DNA of 19,753 nt from Fibrobacterota bacterium (GCA_043753995.1 JAYUVP010000245.1:1-19753); one strand, 5' to 3'; shown: positions 1 through 7,652, counted from the stretch's first letter. Numbers and translations are program-made. Notes: generated by a model not told the origin, from the sequence alone.

Positions 1-1627
1 CGTAAACCGCTTCGGCGAAGGGACCCACTTCGGTCTGAGGCATGTTCAGGGAGTGAGACAACCAGGCATTGACCACGCCGAGTTCCAGCGGACCGAGGGC
101 GATGCGGCTGGCCCCTCGACTCACTTCCAGACGCGCCACGGTCGAAGCCGCTTCGGGATTGGATTTGAGATCGCTTTCACGATAAGCCGCGACTAGAACC
201 CTATACCCGCTTTCGCTGGAATCAGCCAAGCCGGCGAAAAGGCGAATCGAAGCCGCGTCAGCCCAATGCAGGTCGTCGAGGAAAAGGATTAATGGTACGC
301 GTGCTTCGGCAATAGCTCCCATGAAATTGAGGAAAACCAGATCCAGCCGGTTCCTGGCCTCCAAGGGCGGAGCATCCTGCATGTCGGTTAGCGGACCCAA
401 CCACATTTCCAAATCGGGCGCCAGGGGCAAGAGCGCTTTCCCCAATCCCCCCAAGGCCTGGCTGAAGCGTTCTTTCCAAACCGCGCTGTCCTTCGCAAGG
501 GTCTGATGGAGCAAGTCCCTGAATACGCGCAGGAAGGCCGAGTACGGAATATTCTCTTCGTGATTGTCGAATTTACCCGAGGTGAATAGTGCACCTCGAT
601 CTCGACACCATTGCTTGAGTTCCGCCACCAGAGTGGTTTTGCCTATCCCACCTTCACCGGAAAGCAAAACCAGGGCGTCATTCCCGGTACATGCCTTATC
701 AAAGACATCGGACAGAAGGCGGAGTTCGTCTTCACGTCCAAAAATTCCCGTCTGTAATCGGAAGGCCGCCCCCACGTCTTTTCTGCCCGGTACAAATGCC
801 TCGGAGAGCTCACCCTCCAAACAATCCTTGAGGTCGGCGCGCAATCCATAGGCGCTTTGATATCGACTTTCCGGGGCTTTAGCGAGCAACTTTCGGATGA
901 TGGCGACAATGGGGGGAGGAAGCGCCTTGCCTTTCCGGGCAGGGGGTTCGGGTTCGCGTGCTAAATGGGCATGGATCCATTCCATGGGATTACGGGCGAT
1001 GAAGGGCGGGCTTCCCGTGAATATCCATTGCATCACGGCGCCAAAGGAGTATAGGTCGGAGCGGGGATCGGGTTTCCTACTCAAACGCCCAGTGAGCTCG
1101 GGAGCGAGATAGGCCCAATCCCTTTCCCAACACGCTCCGTGTTCCATAGGCCCAAGCCCGCTATCACGTACGGACCTAGCCAAGGCTAGGTTAGAAAGCC
1201 TCATCGCCTTGACTTGAGAGTCCACCCAAAAACTGGAAGGGCGTAGGGCATGATGACAATAGCCGGAAAAATGCAGCCTTTCCAGAAGCTCGGCCATTTC
1301 CAGACATAAGCCCAGCAATTCGTTTATGCTCCCCTCGGGCGGAACGTCCTCATTGAGCGGCCAACTTCCATTATCCTCGTGAATCAAGGCAATACCCGAT
1401 TCTGGTTCCGACAATTCGAGGGCTCCCGTTCTGGTCACGGACTCAAGCAGGCGACTCATCTCCATTTCGCGCCGCAAATATTCAACCGTTTTCGAAGAGG
1501 GATATTCTTCGTGGGGAACTCGGATGACGACTTGCATTCCATCGGAAATACGAGAGGCACGGTAAAGGGATGTCGCGGATCCGCGATGGACGGGGCCTCG
1601 CCATTCGAATCCAAGCAGGGCTAGCAT
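1..1627 (-). CDS. Ser/Thr kinase-like (degenerate) domain fused to AAA/STAND-type ATPase; 3' end beyond left edge of window
   Basis: Hand translation from ATG 1627 is open to base 1 (MLALLGFEWRGPVHRGSATSLYRASRISDGMQVVIR...). Kinase C-lobe motifs WAYLAPELTGR, DPRSDLYSFG, KLLAKAPESRYQSAYGLRADL; then IFGREDEL, Walker A LSGEGGIGKTT, GKFD..NIPY, Walker B LILFLDDLHWAD. The start overlaps the stop of 1621-2733. Not in the ORF track because there is no stop in the window. Confidence 0.9.
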   Translation of the reverse strand, partial: MLALLGFEWRGPVHRGSATSLYRASRISDGMQVVIRVPHEEYPSSKTVEYLRREMEMSRLLESVTRTGALELSEPESGIALIHEDNGSWPLNEDVPPEGSINELLGLCLEMAELLERLHFSGYCHHALRPSSFWVDSQVKAMRLSNLALARSVRDSGLGPMEHGACWERDWAYLAPELTGRLSRKPDPRSDLYSFGAVMQWIFTGSPPFIARNPMEWIHAHLAREPEPPARKGKALPPPIVAIIRKLLAKAPESRYQSAYGLRADLKDCLEGELSEAFVPGRKDVGAAFRLQTGIFGREDELRLLSDVFDKACTGNDALVLLSGEGGIGKTTLVAELKQWCRDRGALFTSGKFDNHEENIPYSAFLRVFRDLLHQTLAKDSAVWKERFSQALGGLGKALLPLAPDLEMWLGPLTDMQDAPPLEARNRLDLVFLNFMGAIAEARVPLILFLDDLHWADAASIRLFAGLADSSESGYRVLVAAYRESDLKSNPEAASTVARLEVSRGASRIALGPLELGVVNAWLSHSLNMPQTEVGPFAEAVY

Positions 1628-2733
1628 TTTGGCTCCGGGGTTATAGGAAGCCAAACTAGGTAAGCCTTGCATGATAATTGGGCGCGCTCGTCCAGGACCA
1701 CCTTGACATACCATTTCCGAACGGCCATGAACAGCCGTCCCGTAAGTCGATCGATTTCCAGGGATACCCCTTGCCACTGCTGCAGGGCCGCCCTTTCGGC
1801 CGGAGAACACAATCCCAAATCCACCAAGCTCGACAGGATACGTTCACGCTCCTGCCCGTCTTCTATCGGACCTCCGGAAAAAATTTCAAGCCCGAAGCGT
1901 CGCTCGGGTCCCGGCCCAGCCGTCCGACCTGTACGTAAAACGTCACCGTCAGGACAGAACAGATTCACGGCATGCGCCAGCATCGCCCTATCCCCCGCCC
2001 AACCCGTTTCATTCAAGAAATCGGTCAAGGCGTCCTTGCGTATCATCAGGCTGGTCTTCCACGCCTCGCTCCCGCGCGAAGGAGCAAAGGAAACATGCGC
2101 AATACGTCCCCTGCCAGTTAACCAGGTAGCGGCACGGCTCAGGGATTCCATGGGGGAAGCGCGGGCCTCAGGAGGCCGCCACAAATCGCCGATATGGGCC
2201 AGAGCGGCTTGCTTTTGGAAAACCCTTGCCGCATCAAGCGGTTCCGACTCCCCATGGAAAACCAAGTCGGCATCCAAACAGGCATGGAGCGCGGGGTCGG
2301 GTTCGGCATTTGGTCGCTCAAACGTCACCCATAGCACGGAGACATCGCTGCGGAATCGGGAGTCTTCACGAAGTAGGTCCTGGGCCGTGGCGCGCAAAGC
2401 ACGCCACCCGGGAAGGTGCGACCTAGCATTCAGCGCGCCGCCGGCTGAGAATGCTTCGTCCAAGTCGCGCGCTGACGAAGGCGTAAGGCATAGCCTGAGC
2501 GCGAAATCGGCGACGGGCCGACCTAAATAAGCCTCGAAACCGAATGCGTCGAAAACCGAGGGCATGGCTTCCGCGATGCCCAAGGCCCAGCGAAGAGATG
2601 AATCCGGTACCAGCCCGGGAGACAAGAGCGAACCCAGTCGAGACACCATGGACGCGGGACGACCTAGGAAGGATTCAAGGCCGAATACGTTTAGCGTGCC
2701 CCCCGAATTCTCCAGGGTCGAAGCGTCCTTCAT
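1621..2733 (-). CDS. Hypothetical protein, 370 aa; possible ABBA-barrel (aromatic prenyltransferase-like) fold
   Basis: Starts 6 nt after the upstream stop and overlaps the next start. Motifs FGFEAYLGRPVADF, VLWVTFE, RFGLEI and C-terminal YVKVV..LSCKAYL resemble, from memory, an uncharacterised cyanobacterial/myxobacterial family (FGFECRL / WLEFD / RIGLE / KAYL). The fold is an inference. Confidence 0.7.
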   Translation of the reverse strand: MKDASTLENSGGTLNVFGLESFLGRPASMVSRLGSLLSPGLVPDSSLRWALGIAEAMPSVFDAFGFEAYLGRPVADFALRLCLTPSSARDLDEAFSAGGALNARSHLPGWRALRATAQDLLREDSRFRSDVSVLWVTFERPNAEPDPALHACLDADLVFHGESEPLDAARVFQKQAALAHIGDLWRPPEARASPMESLSRAATWLTGRGRIAHVSFAPSRGSEAWKTSLMIRKDALTDFLNETGWAGDRAMLAHAVNLFCPDGDVLRTGRTAGPGPERRFGLEIFSGGPIEDGQERERILSSLVDLGLCSPAERAALQQWQGVSLEIDRLTGRLFMAVRKWYVKVVLDERAQLSCKAYLVWLPITPEPKC

Positions 2734-2739
2734 TCCGGG

Positions 2740-3081
2740 TTACCAGCCTATGCTGAAATCAGTGCCATGCCATTCCTTGGTCAGAAAAACCATGACGGTT
2801 TGCATGTTCTGGGTATACACCTCGCGGATCAAGGTCTCGTCCTTTCCACCACTTTCGGTATACCGTGTGGCCCATTCATTAGCGCTCTTGGCGGCCTGTA
2901 GCAAGGCGTCACGCAAAACGGGATCGGTGATATTGTATTTGTCCAAGAGTTTGCGCTGCACGGATTCATCAACCCAGAGGTTTTTATTCTCCTCATTGTC
3001 GTAGATGACTTTATAAAGAAGCGACAATAAGGTGGGGATTTGGACTTGCCGCATCTTGGATTTATCGTAATTAATCAACAT
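2740..3081 (-). CDS. Small helical hypothetical protein, 113 aa, ending ...EWHGTDFSIGW
   Basis: ATG 3081 with AAGGA RBS about 9 nt upstream; fills the gap between DyP (33 nt away) and the 370-aa gene; amphipathic helical pattern. Confidence 0.8.
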   Translation of the reverse strand: MLINYDKSKMRQVQIPTLLSLLYKVIYDNEENKNLWVDESVQRKLLDKYNITDPVLRDALLQAAKSANEWATRYTESGGKDETLIREVYTQNMQTVMVFLTKEWHGTDFSIGW

Positions 3082-3114
3082 GGGGATTATTCCTTTCCAG
3101 GGGTTTAAATGGCT

Positions 3115-5433
3115 TTATGCGGATTTATTCTCGGATTGAATATCAGGCGCAAGATTTTTTAGGAAGGGTAGCGAGGGTGCAAAGAAGTATTCCCCACCTT
3201 TTAGTTTCACTAGACCATAAGCATCGGAAGGCGAAGCGTAGCCGTTATTACCAAGATGGGAATTGCCTTCCGGCGCACTGCGCTTTTGGCCAATGAGCGG
3301 ATCCAACCCGGCATTAGGGTAGACATTAGGTGGGAAGTCCGGGTTATTGGCCCATAATTTCTGCATGTATTCGAATTGGTCGCGGATATTGGATTGCGCG
3401 CAAAGGAAAAGCATGCCCTTTTCCTCACCGTCCTCATAGGGAATTCCACGCCTGGCAATGCGGCGACTTCTTTCATCATAGGTGCTTCCGGTCGATCCGC
3501 GGGGATTGACGGTGCGAACATGGGAATGAAAAGGGCATTTCTGGCCTTGCGAATCTTGTTCATAATTGAAATTCTCTGGCGGGGTATATTTCTCCTTTTG
3601 GCTAGGTCCTACTTCGCCCCAGGCGAGTGGGCAACCGCTTTTGGTGCGGCCCACCATCCGCGCCTCTTCCATTTCCGCAAGTTCCGGCTGCGTTAAACCT
3701 ACAGAAGCATATTTCTCTTCCGCCGTTTTGCGAGATGCCCGGGATTTCGCGAGCTTTCGAAAGGCGTCCACATCTTGCTTTAATTTTCGAAAAACGAAGA
3801 AGCTGCCAAATCCTGAAACTTTTGCATTTTCCTTTTTCAAGACGAGGCCAAGAGGCGCGAAAGGATCCCATTGACTCCGCCCAAGCAGGGCCAATTGTCC
3901 TTTGATATTATGCAATATGCGAAGACCTTCCTTCTGGTATTGGAGAAGGTCAGAAGCAGAGAATGAACTGATTTTCTTGGCCGCTTCCAAAAGGGCTTTC
4001 AGCGTCTCTAATTGTTGATTTATCGCTTCCGAAGGCTTGTTGAGTATTCCCTTCCATCGATCGGCATCTTCTTGGGACATGGATTTTGTTTGAGCGTCTA
4101 AGGCGAAAGACAATTCGGCTTTCCAGCTGTTTATAATTTCCGTGACTGATGAAACCGCATCGTTCATAAAAGACAGGGTGAATCCGCTACCTATCAAATT
4201 AAACATCGCACTCGAAAGTTTCGCTTCCCCAGCTTCTAGTATAGAGAAGAAAGCCGCCACTCGCGCATTGATGTCTTTTCGTAATGAAAGAAGTTCCTTT
4301 ATTCGATCTTCCAATGAATTGATTTGAGCTTTCCTACCATCCAAAATCATTTCCTTCGGAATCAACACATCTTCTAATTTTCCCTTATCCTCTTCTTTCA
4401 GGCCCTCAATAACTCGCGCCTTATTTTCTTCAATCCTAGTGCCCAGGTTATTTAAATTCTCCTCGCTCTTCAGCTTTGTTTTTTGACATTGCTCCATCTC
4501 AAGTCGAATAGGCAAGGTGAGAATATATTCGAGCCCTTGCTCGCGCGCTTTCTGAATGTCCTTCCGGAAGAAAAGTGGCTGACTGATTCCATCCCGGAAG
4601 CCAAAATGCTCGATGGAAGGAAGCTGTTTGAGTTCCCTCAATTTCATTGCCTTCGTGGCCCCTTCGCGAAGCACCCTTCCTTTTTCGGTCCGGACGAGGA
4701 TTCCGTGCTTGCTTATTAAATTGCCAATGATTTTCGCGATTTTATCTAACCGGTCCTCATCATCATCCGCCAAAATCAATAAAGCATGGAGCTCGTTACG
4801 ATAGGTCGGTTCCCATTCGGACTCCACCGGGGGGTCCGAGAGGTATTCCGAGGTAGCAGGGTGTTTCATGCCGCGCTTGAATCCGTCATCCTCGGGGATT
4901 TCGTTTTCTGCGAATCCCAAGGCTCGGTAACCCGCAGCCGAAAGCATAAGATTTACATGCATAGCCGTTATTAAGTCCGGCGCGGAATCCTTACTACTCC
5001 AAGCCTCCGCATTGACATGCTGATCCAAAGCCGAAGTGATCCTGAATTCAAGATCTACCAATTCTTTCAATTCTTCGCTATTGGCTAAGAATTGCAAATT
5101 GTTTTCGTCAATTCCTGCACTTAACTTGGATTTACTCACAACTCCATGTGCAAGCAATCCTATCAACTTGCGTGTTGCATCTTGTTGACTTTGGGTGCGC
5201 AAATCAAATCGAATGAACATTAAGCGGCTATGTTCTCGCCCATGGCTTTTTAGAATTCCCCCTTGGGTTTCCTCGAGCAACTTTGGAATATTTTCATCGA
5301 AATCTTCATCTAGACCATGGGCACCTAGACCTTCAATCTCGGGGGATTTCGGCTCCTGTTTCATTTTTTTCTCGGTTACTTCCGGAGCGTCCTTCCCAGG
5401 TTTATCCATTGTGTCTAGGTTCTGTATTGCCAT
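3115..5433 (-). CDS. Dye-decolorizing (DyP-type) heme peroxidase with large internal helical insertion
   Basis: QGGILKSHGR, EHFGFRDGISQPLF (GxxDG distal Asp), GSFFVFRKLKQDV, CPFHSHVRTVNPRG (proximal His), RRIARRGIPY (distal Arg), GMLFLCAQSNI..QFEYMQ, DPLIGQ, GGEYFFAPS. Start moved from 5472 to ATG 5433, which has a GGAGAGG RBS. Confidence 0.93.
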   Translation of the reverse strand: MAIQNLDTMDKPGKDAPEVTEKKMKQEPKSPEIEGLGAHGLDEDFDENIPKLLEETQGGILKSHGREHSRLMFIRFDLRTQSQQDATRKLIGLLAHGVVSKSKLSAGIDENNLQFLANSEELKELVDLEFRITSALDQHVNAEAWSSKDSAPDLITAMHVNLMLSAAGYRALGFAENEIPEDDGFKRGMKHPATSEYLSDPPVESEWEPTYRNELHALLILADDDEDRLDKIAKIIGNLISKHGILVRTEKGRVLREGATKAMKLRELKQLPSIEHFGFRDGISQPLFFRKDIQKAREQGLEYILTLPIRLEMEQCQKTKLKSEENLNNLGTRIEENKARVIEGLKEEDKGKLEDVLIPKEMILDGRKAQINSLEDRIKELLSLRKDINARVAAFFSILEAGEAKLSSAMFNLIGSGFTLSFMNDAVSSVTEIINSWKAELSFALDAQTKSMSQEDADRWKGILNKPSEAINQQLETLKALLEAAKKISSFSASDLLQYQKEGLRILHNIKGQLALLGRSQWDPFAPLGLVLKKENAKVSGFGSFFVFRKLKQDVDAFRKLAKSRASRKTAEEKYASVGLTQPELAEMEEARMVGRTKSGCPLAWGEVGPSQKEKYTPPENFNYEQDSQGQKCPFHSHVRTVNPRGSTGSTYDERSRRIARRGIPYEDGEEKGMLFLCAQSNIRDQFEYMQKLWANNPDFPPNVYPNAGLDPLIGQKRSAPEGNSHLGNNGYASPSDAYGLVKLKGGEYFFAPSLPFLKNLAPDIQSENKSA

Positions 5434-5633
5434 AATCGACATCCTCTCCAGAAGTGGTTGTGAACAAAACACCGGAAACGCGCCAAGACTCTCGGCGATT
5501 CAAAGCGTATATCTCGAAGCGAATCTTCGCTCATTCCAATTTGTATGCCTCGTCATTGCGGCATGAAACTAGATTAAGCGAGGATTTTGGGAGTGTGACT
5601 CCGACGAAATCACCTCCGATGGAGACAAACGGG

Positions 5634-6296
5634 TTATTTTCCCGGATGAAATCCAGAATCGGTTTGATAAAAAGTTGGCGGTTTTTTTTGGCGCAATGGC
5701 TTTTTCCCAGCGTTTGCCAATTTCCTTCGGATTCCTGATACGATTTTGGAAATGGCTGGACGGGAAACCTTCAATTGGCCGGCCACTTCTGTAAAGCTTA
5801 AACCCGTGTCAAGCATAAGACTGAGCACCAGGCGTTGTTTGTTTCCAAGACGAGGTTTGGCTTTTTCTAAGAAGAACCCGTAAAGTTTGAAATCATCGCA
5901 AGCTGTATACCGTTCACTGACTTCCTCCAAATGGGTCCAGGTGCTTGCCGGTTTATTTTCGAAAATTCTCAGCTTGTTGAAGCAACAGTTGAAGGCAATT
6001 CTCGTGATCCAAGTCGCAAATGCGCTTTCTCCTCGGAACTCCGATCGAAATTGCCAAGCCCGGATAAAGGTTTCCTGACAAGCATCTTCCGCATCTTGAT
6101 GATTTTTCATGATGTTGAAACAAACGGCAAATATTTTCCGTTGGTTTTGTTGATAAAGTTTTTGAAACGCTCTTTCATCCAGAATCGGCGAGGAGAATTC
6201 GACTTTACAATTGGGTTTCAAAAAAAATTCAGGGGCATTATGAAGGTCCTCACAAAAGGCTGAGGATGGAAGTGGTTCAGCAGCGCCAAGTGTCAT
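5634..6296 (-). CDS. RNA polymerase sigma factor, sigma-70 ECF subfamily
   Basis: Region 2: DAEDACQETFIRAW..FRGESAFATWITRIAFN. Region 4 HTH: LSFTEVAGQLKVSRPAISK. GGAG RBS about 8 nt before ATG 6296. Confidence 0.9.
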   Translation of the reverse strand: MTLGAAEPLPSSAFCEDLHNAPEFFLKPNCKVEFSSPILDERAFQKLYQQNQRKIFAVCFNIMKNHQDAEDACQETFIRAWQFRSEFRGESAFATWITRIAFNCCFNKLRIFENKPASTWTHLEEVSERYTACDDFKLYGFFLEKAKPRLGNKQRLVLSLMLDTGLSFTEVAGQLKVSRPAISKIVSGIRRKLANAGKKPLRQKKPPTFYQTDSGFHPGK

Positions 6297-6339
6297 TTGT
6301 CATTCTCCATCGGGCTTGATGGAAGACCAAGCTAGGCAT

Positions 6340-6369
6340 GTCGGAATTGTGGTTTTAATTCATTCCGAC
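6340..6369. promoter_or_regulatory. 8-bp inverted repeat upstream of the ECF sigma gene; possible operator
   Basis: GTCGGAAT (6340-6347), 14-nt AT-rich spacer, ATTCCGAC (6362-6369), in the divergent intergenic region. Confidence 0.3.
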
Positions 6370-6550
6370 GAGATGCGTCCTGCAAGCGATGGAATGCCGA
6401 ATCTGAGGGTCGGGTTAGGGGTGTAACCCAGTCGTTACTCGATCGACGCGTTGCCGATGAGTTGGAAACCGCCAATTAAATAGGGAGTTCCCTGAGGCTC
6501 GTAGTCTGAGAATAGTGCTTGGTATTGTCCCATGCCATGAAAGTGTGAAG

Positions 6551-6625
6551 CATAGGAGTCACGGGGGCGTTACGGGGGGCGGGGCCCCGCGAGCCTTTTT
6601 CAGACCGAGCATCAGCCCCCCTGTC
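6551..6625. repeat. Short, internally deleted copy of the palindromic repeat at 17870-18142
   Basis: ggagtcacgggggcgttacggggg matches ggagtcacaggggcgttacggggg near 17875-17898; ccgcgagcctttttcagaccgagcatcagcccccc matches ccgcgagccttttttcaggccgaacatcagcccccc near 18103-18138. Confidence 0.8.
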
Positions 6626-6686
6626 GCAGTAAGGTGAGGCAATTCCCGCCTCTGTCGCATCCAACTTCACAGAAAATGGAGGCTTT

Positions 6687-7637
6687 ATGGATGCGGATAA
6701 TCAATCAACGCTAACGGCATTGTATACGAAAACCTTGGGGAAACCATTCCTGGAGGCTTGTACCGAGCGAATCGAGGCATGGGTAGAAACCGGCGGACCT
6801 CAGCCCGAGGATTACTTAGCCCTGGAATGGATGCTCGATGGTATTTATCGCCTTGGCTTACTCGGGGAGTTCGGACCGAAAGAATTGTCTGCAGTATTGG
6901 TCGCATTCAACGACGCATTTTCGACCGAGACAATGCAAGGTTTTTCCTTGCACAAGCCGCATGGGTTTGCGGGCGATTTCGAAATCATCGAACGGATTTA
7001 TTCCGGTTATATCTGTCCGACCGATCGACTGGCTAATTGGGACCGGTTCTACCAAGCCCAGCCCGGCACTCAGGCCGTGCGGAATAGAAAAGCCTATTTC
7101 CTCGAATTATTCGGAAGGCTTCCCCGGCCGGTAGGACGGCCCTTAGAAGCCCTGAACGTCGCCAGCGGACCTGGCAGCGATATGCGAGAATTATTCGCAT
7201 TGAACGCTTCGAATGATATTCGTATCGATTGTGTGGAGCAAGATCCGGCGGCCATCGCCCACGCCACCCAGGTTTGCCGTGATTACGCCGATCGAGTGCG
7301 ATTCTTCCAGGAAAACGCCATAACCTATTCTCCCAGCCAAACCTATGACCTGATCTGGTCGGCAGGCCTATTCGACTATTTCGAGGACGGGCTTTTCCGT
7401 CGATTGCTTAGGCGGATGCTGAAGTCCGTGCGACCTGGCGGGCGATTGGTCATTGGGAATTATTCGCCGGAGAATCCGTCGCGGGCCTATATGTATCTGT
7501 TCGATTGGCCTCTGAATTACCGAAGCAAATCCGATTTACAGAGGCTGGCGGAATCCTGCGGAGTCCCACCGGAACGGATCCTAATCGAGCAGGAACCGCT
7601 CGGGATCAATCTATTCCTGCACATTCTCGGCCCTTGA
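6687..7637 (+). CDS. Class I SAM-dependent methyltransferase, PhcB-like family
   Basis: GGAGG RBS. KPHGFAGDFEIIERIY, QAVRNRK, motif I LNVASGPG, CVEQDPAA, YDLIWSAGLFDYF, VRPGGRLVIGNY, DWPLNYRS. Confidence 0.85.
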   Translation: MDADNQSTLTALYTKTLGKPFLEACTERIEAWVETGGPQPEDYLALEWMLDGIYRLGLLGEFGPKELSAVLVAFNDAFSTETMQGFSLHKPHGFAGDFEIIERIYSGYICPTDRLANWDRFYQAQPGTQAVRNRKAYFLELFGRLPRPVGRPLEALNVASGPGSDMRELFALNASNDIRIDCVEQDPAAIAHATQVCRDYADRVRFFQENAITYSPSQTYDLIWSAGLFDYFEDGLFRRLLRRMLKSVRPGGRLVIGNYSPENPSRAYMYLFDWPLNYRSKSDLQRLAESCGVPPERILIEQEPLGINLFLHILGP

Positions 7638-7652
7638 GAACCTTTGCAGACT

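Noticed and set aside
258..1624. Several short ORFs in the track suggesting a fragmented or non-coding left end
   Set aside because: One uninterrupted minus-strand frame (1627 to <1) with kinase and Walker motifs explains the region; the short ORFs are shadows and I found no frameshift.
1667..2530. 287-aa plus-strand ORF
   Set aside because: Antisense to the 370-aa gene, S/R/A-rich with no motifs; a typical GC-rich shadow frame.
2740..3200. Encapsulin cargo system (DyP plus targeting peptide)
   Set aside because: The DyP ends DIQSENKSA without a GSLxIGSL-type peptide, the DFSIGW resemblance in the small protein is weak, and no encapsulin shell gene is in the window.
3880..4533. DyP insert as an intein or mobile element
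   Set aside because: No N-terminal Cys/Ser block, no HN-[CST] junction (LHNIK is followed by Ile), no LAGLIDADG motif, no terminal repeats; composition is coiled-coil.
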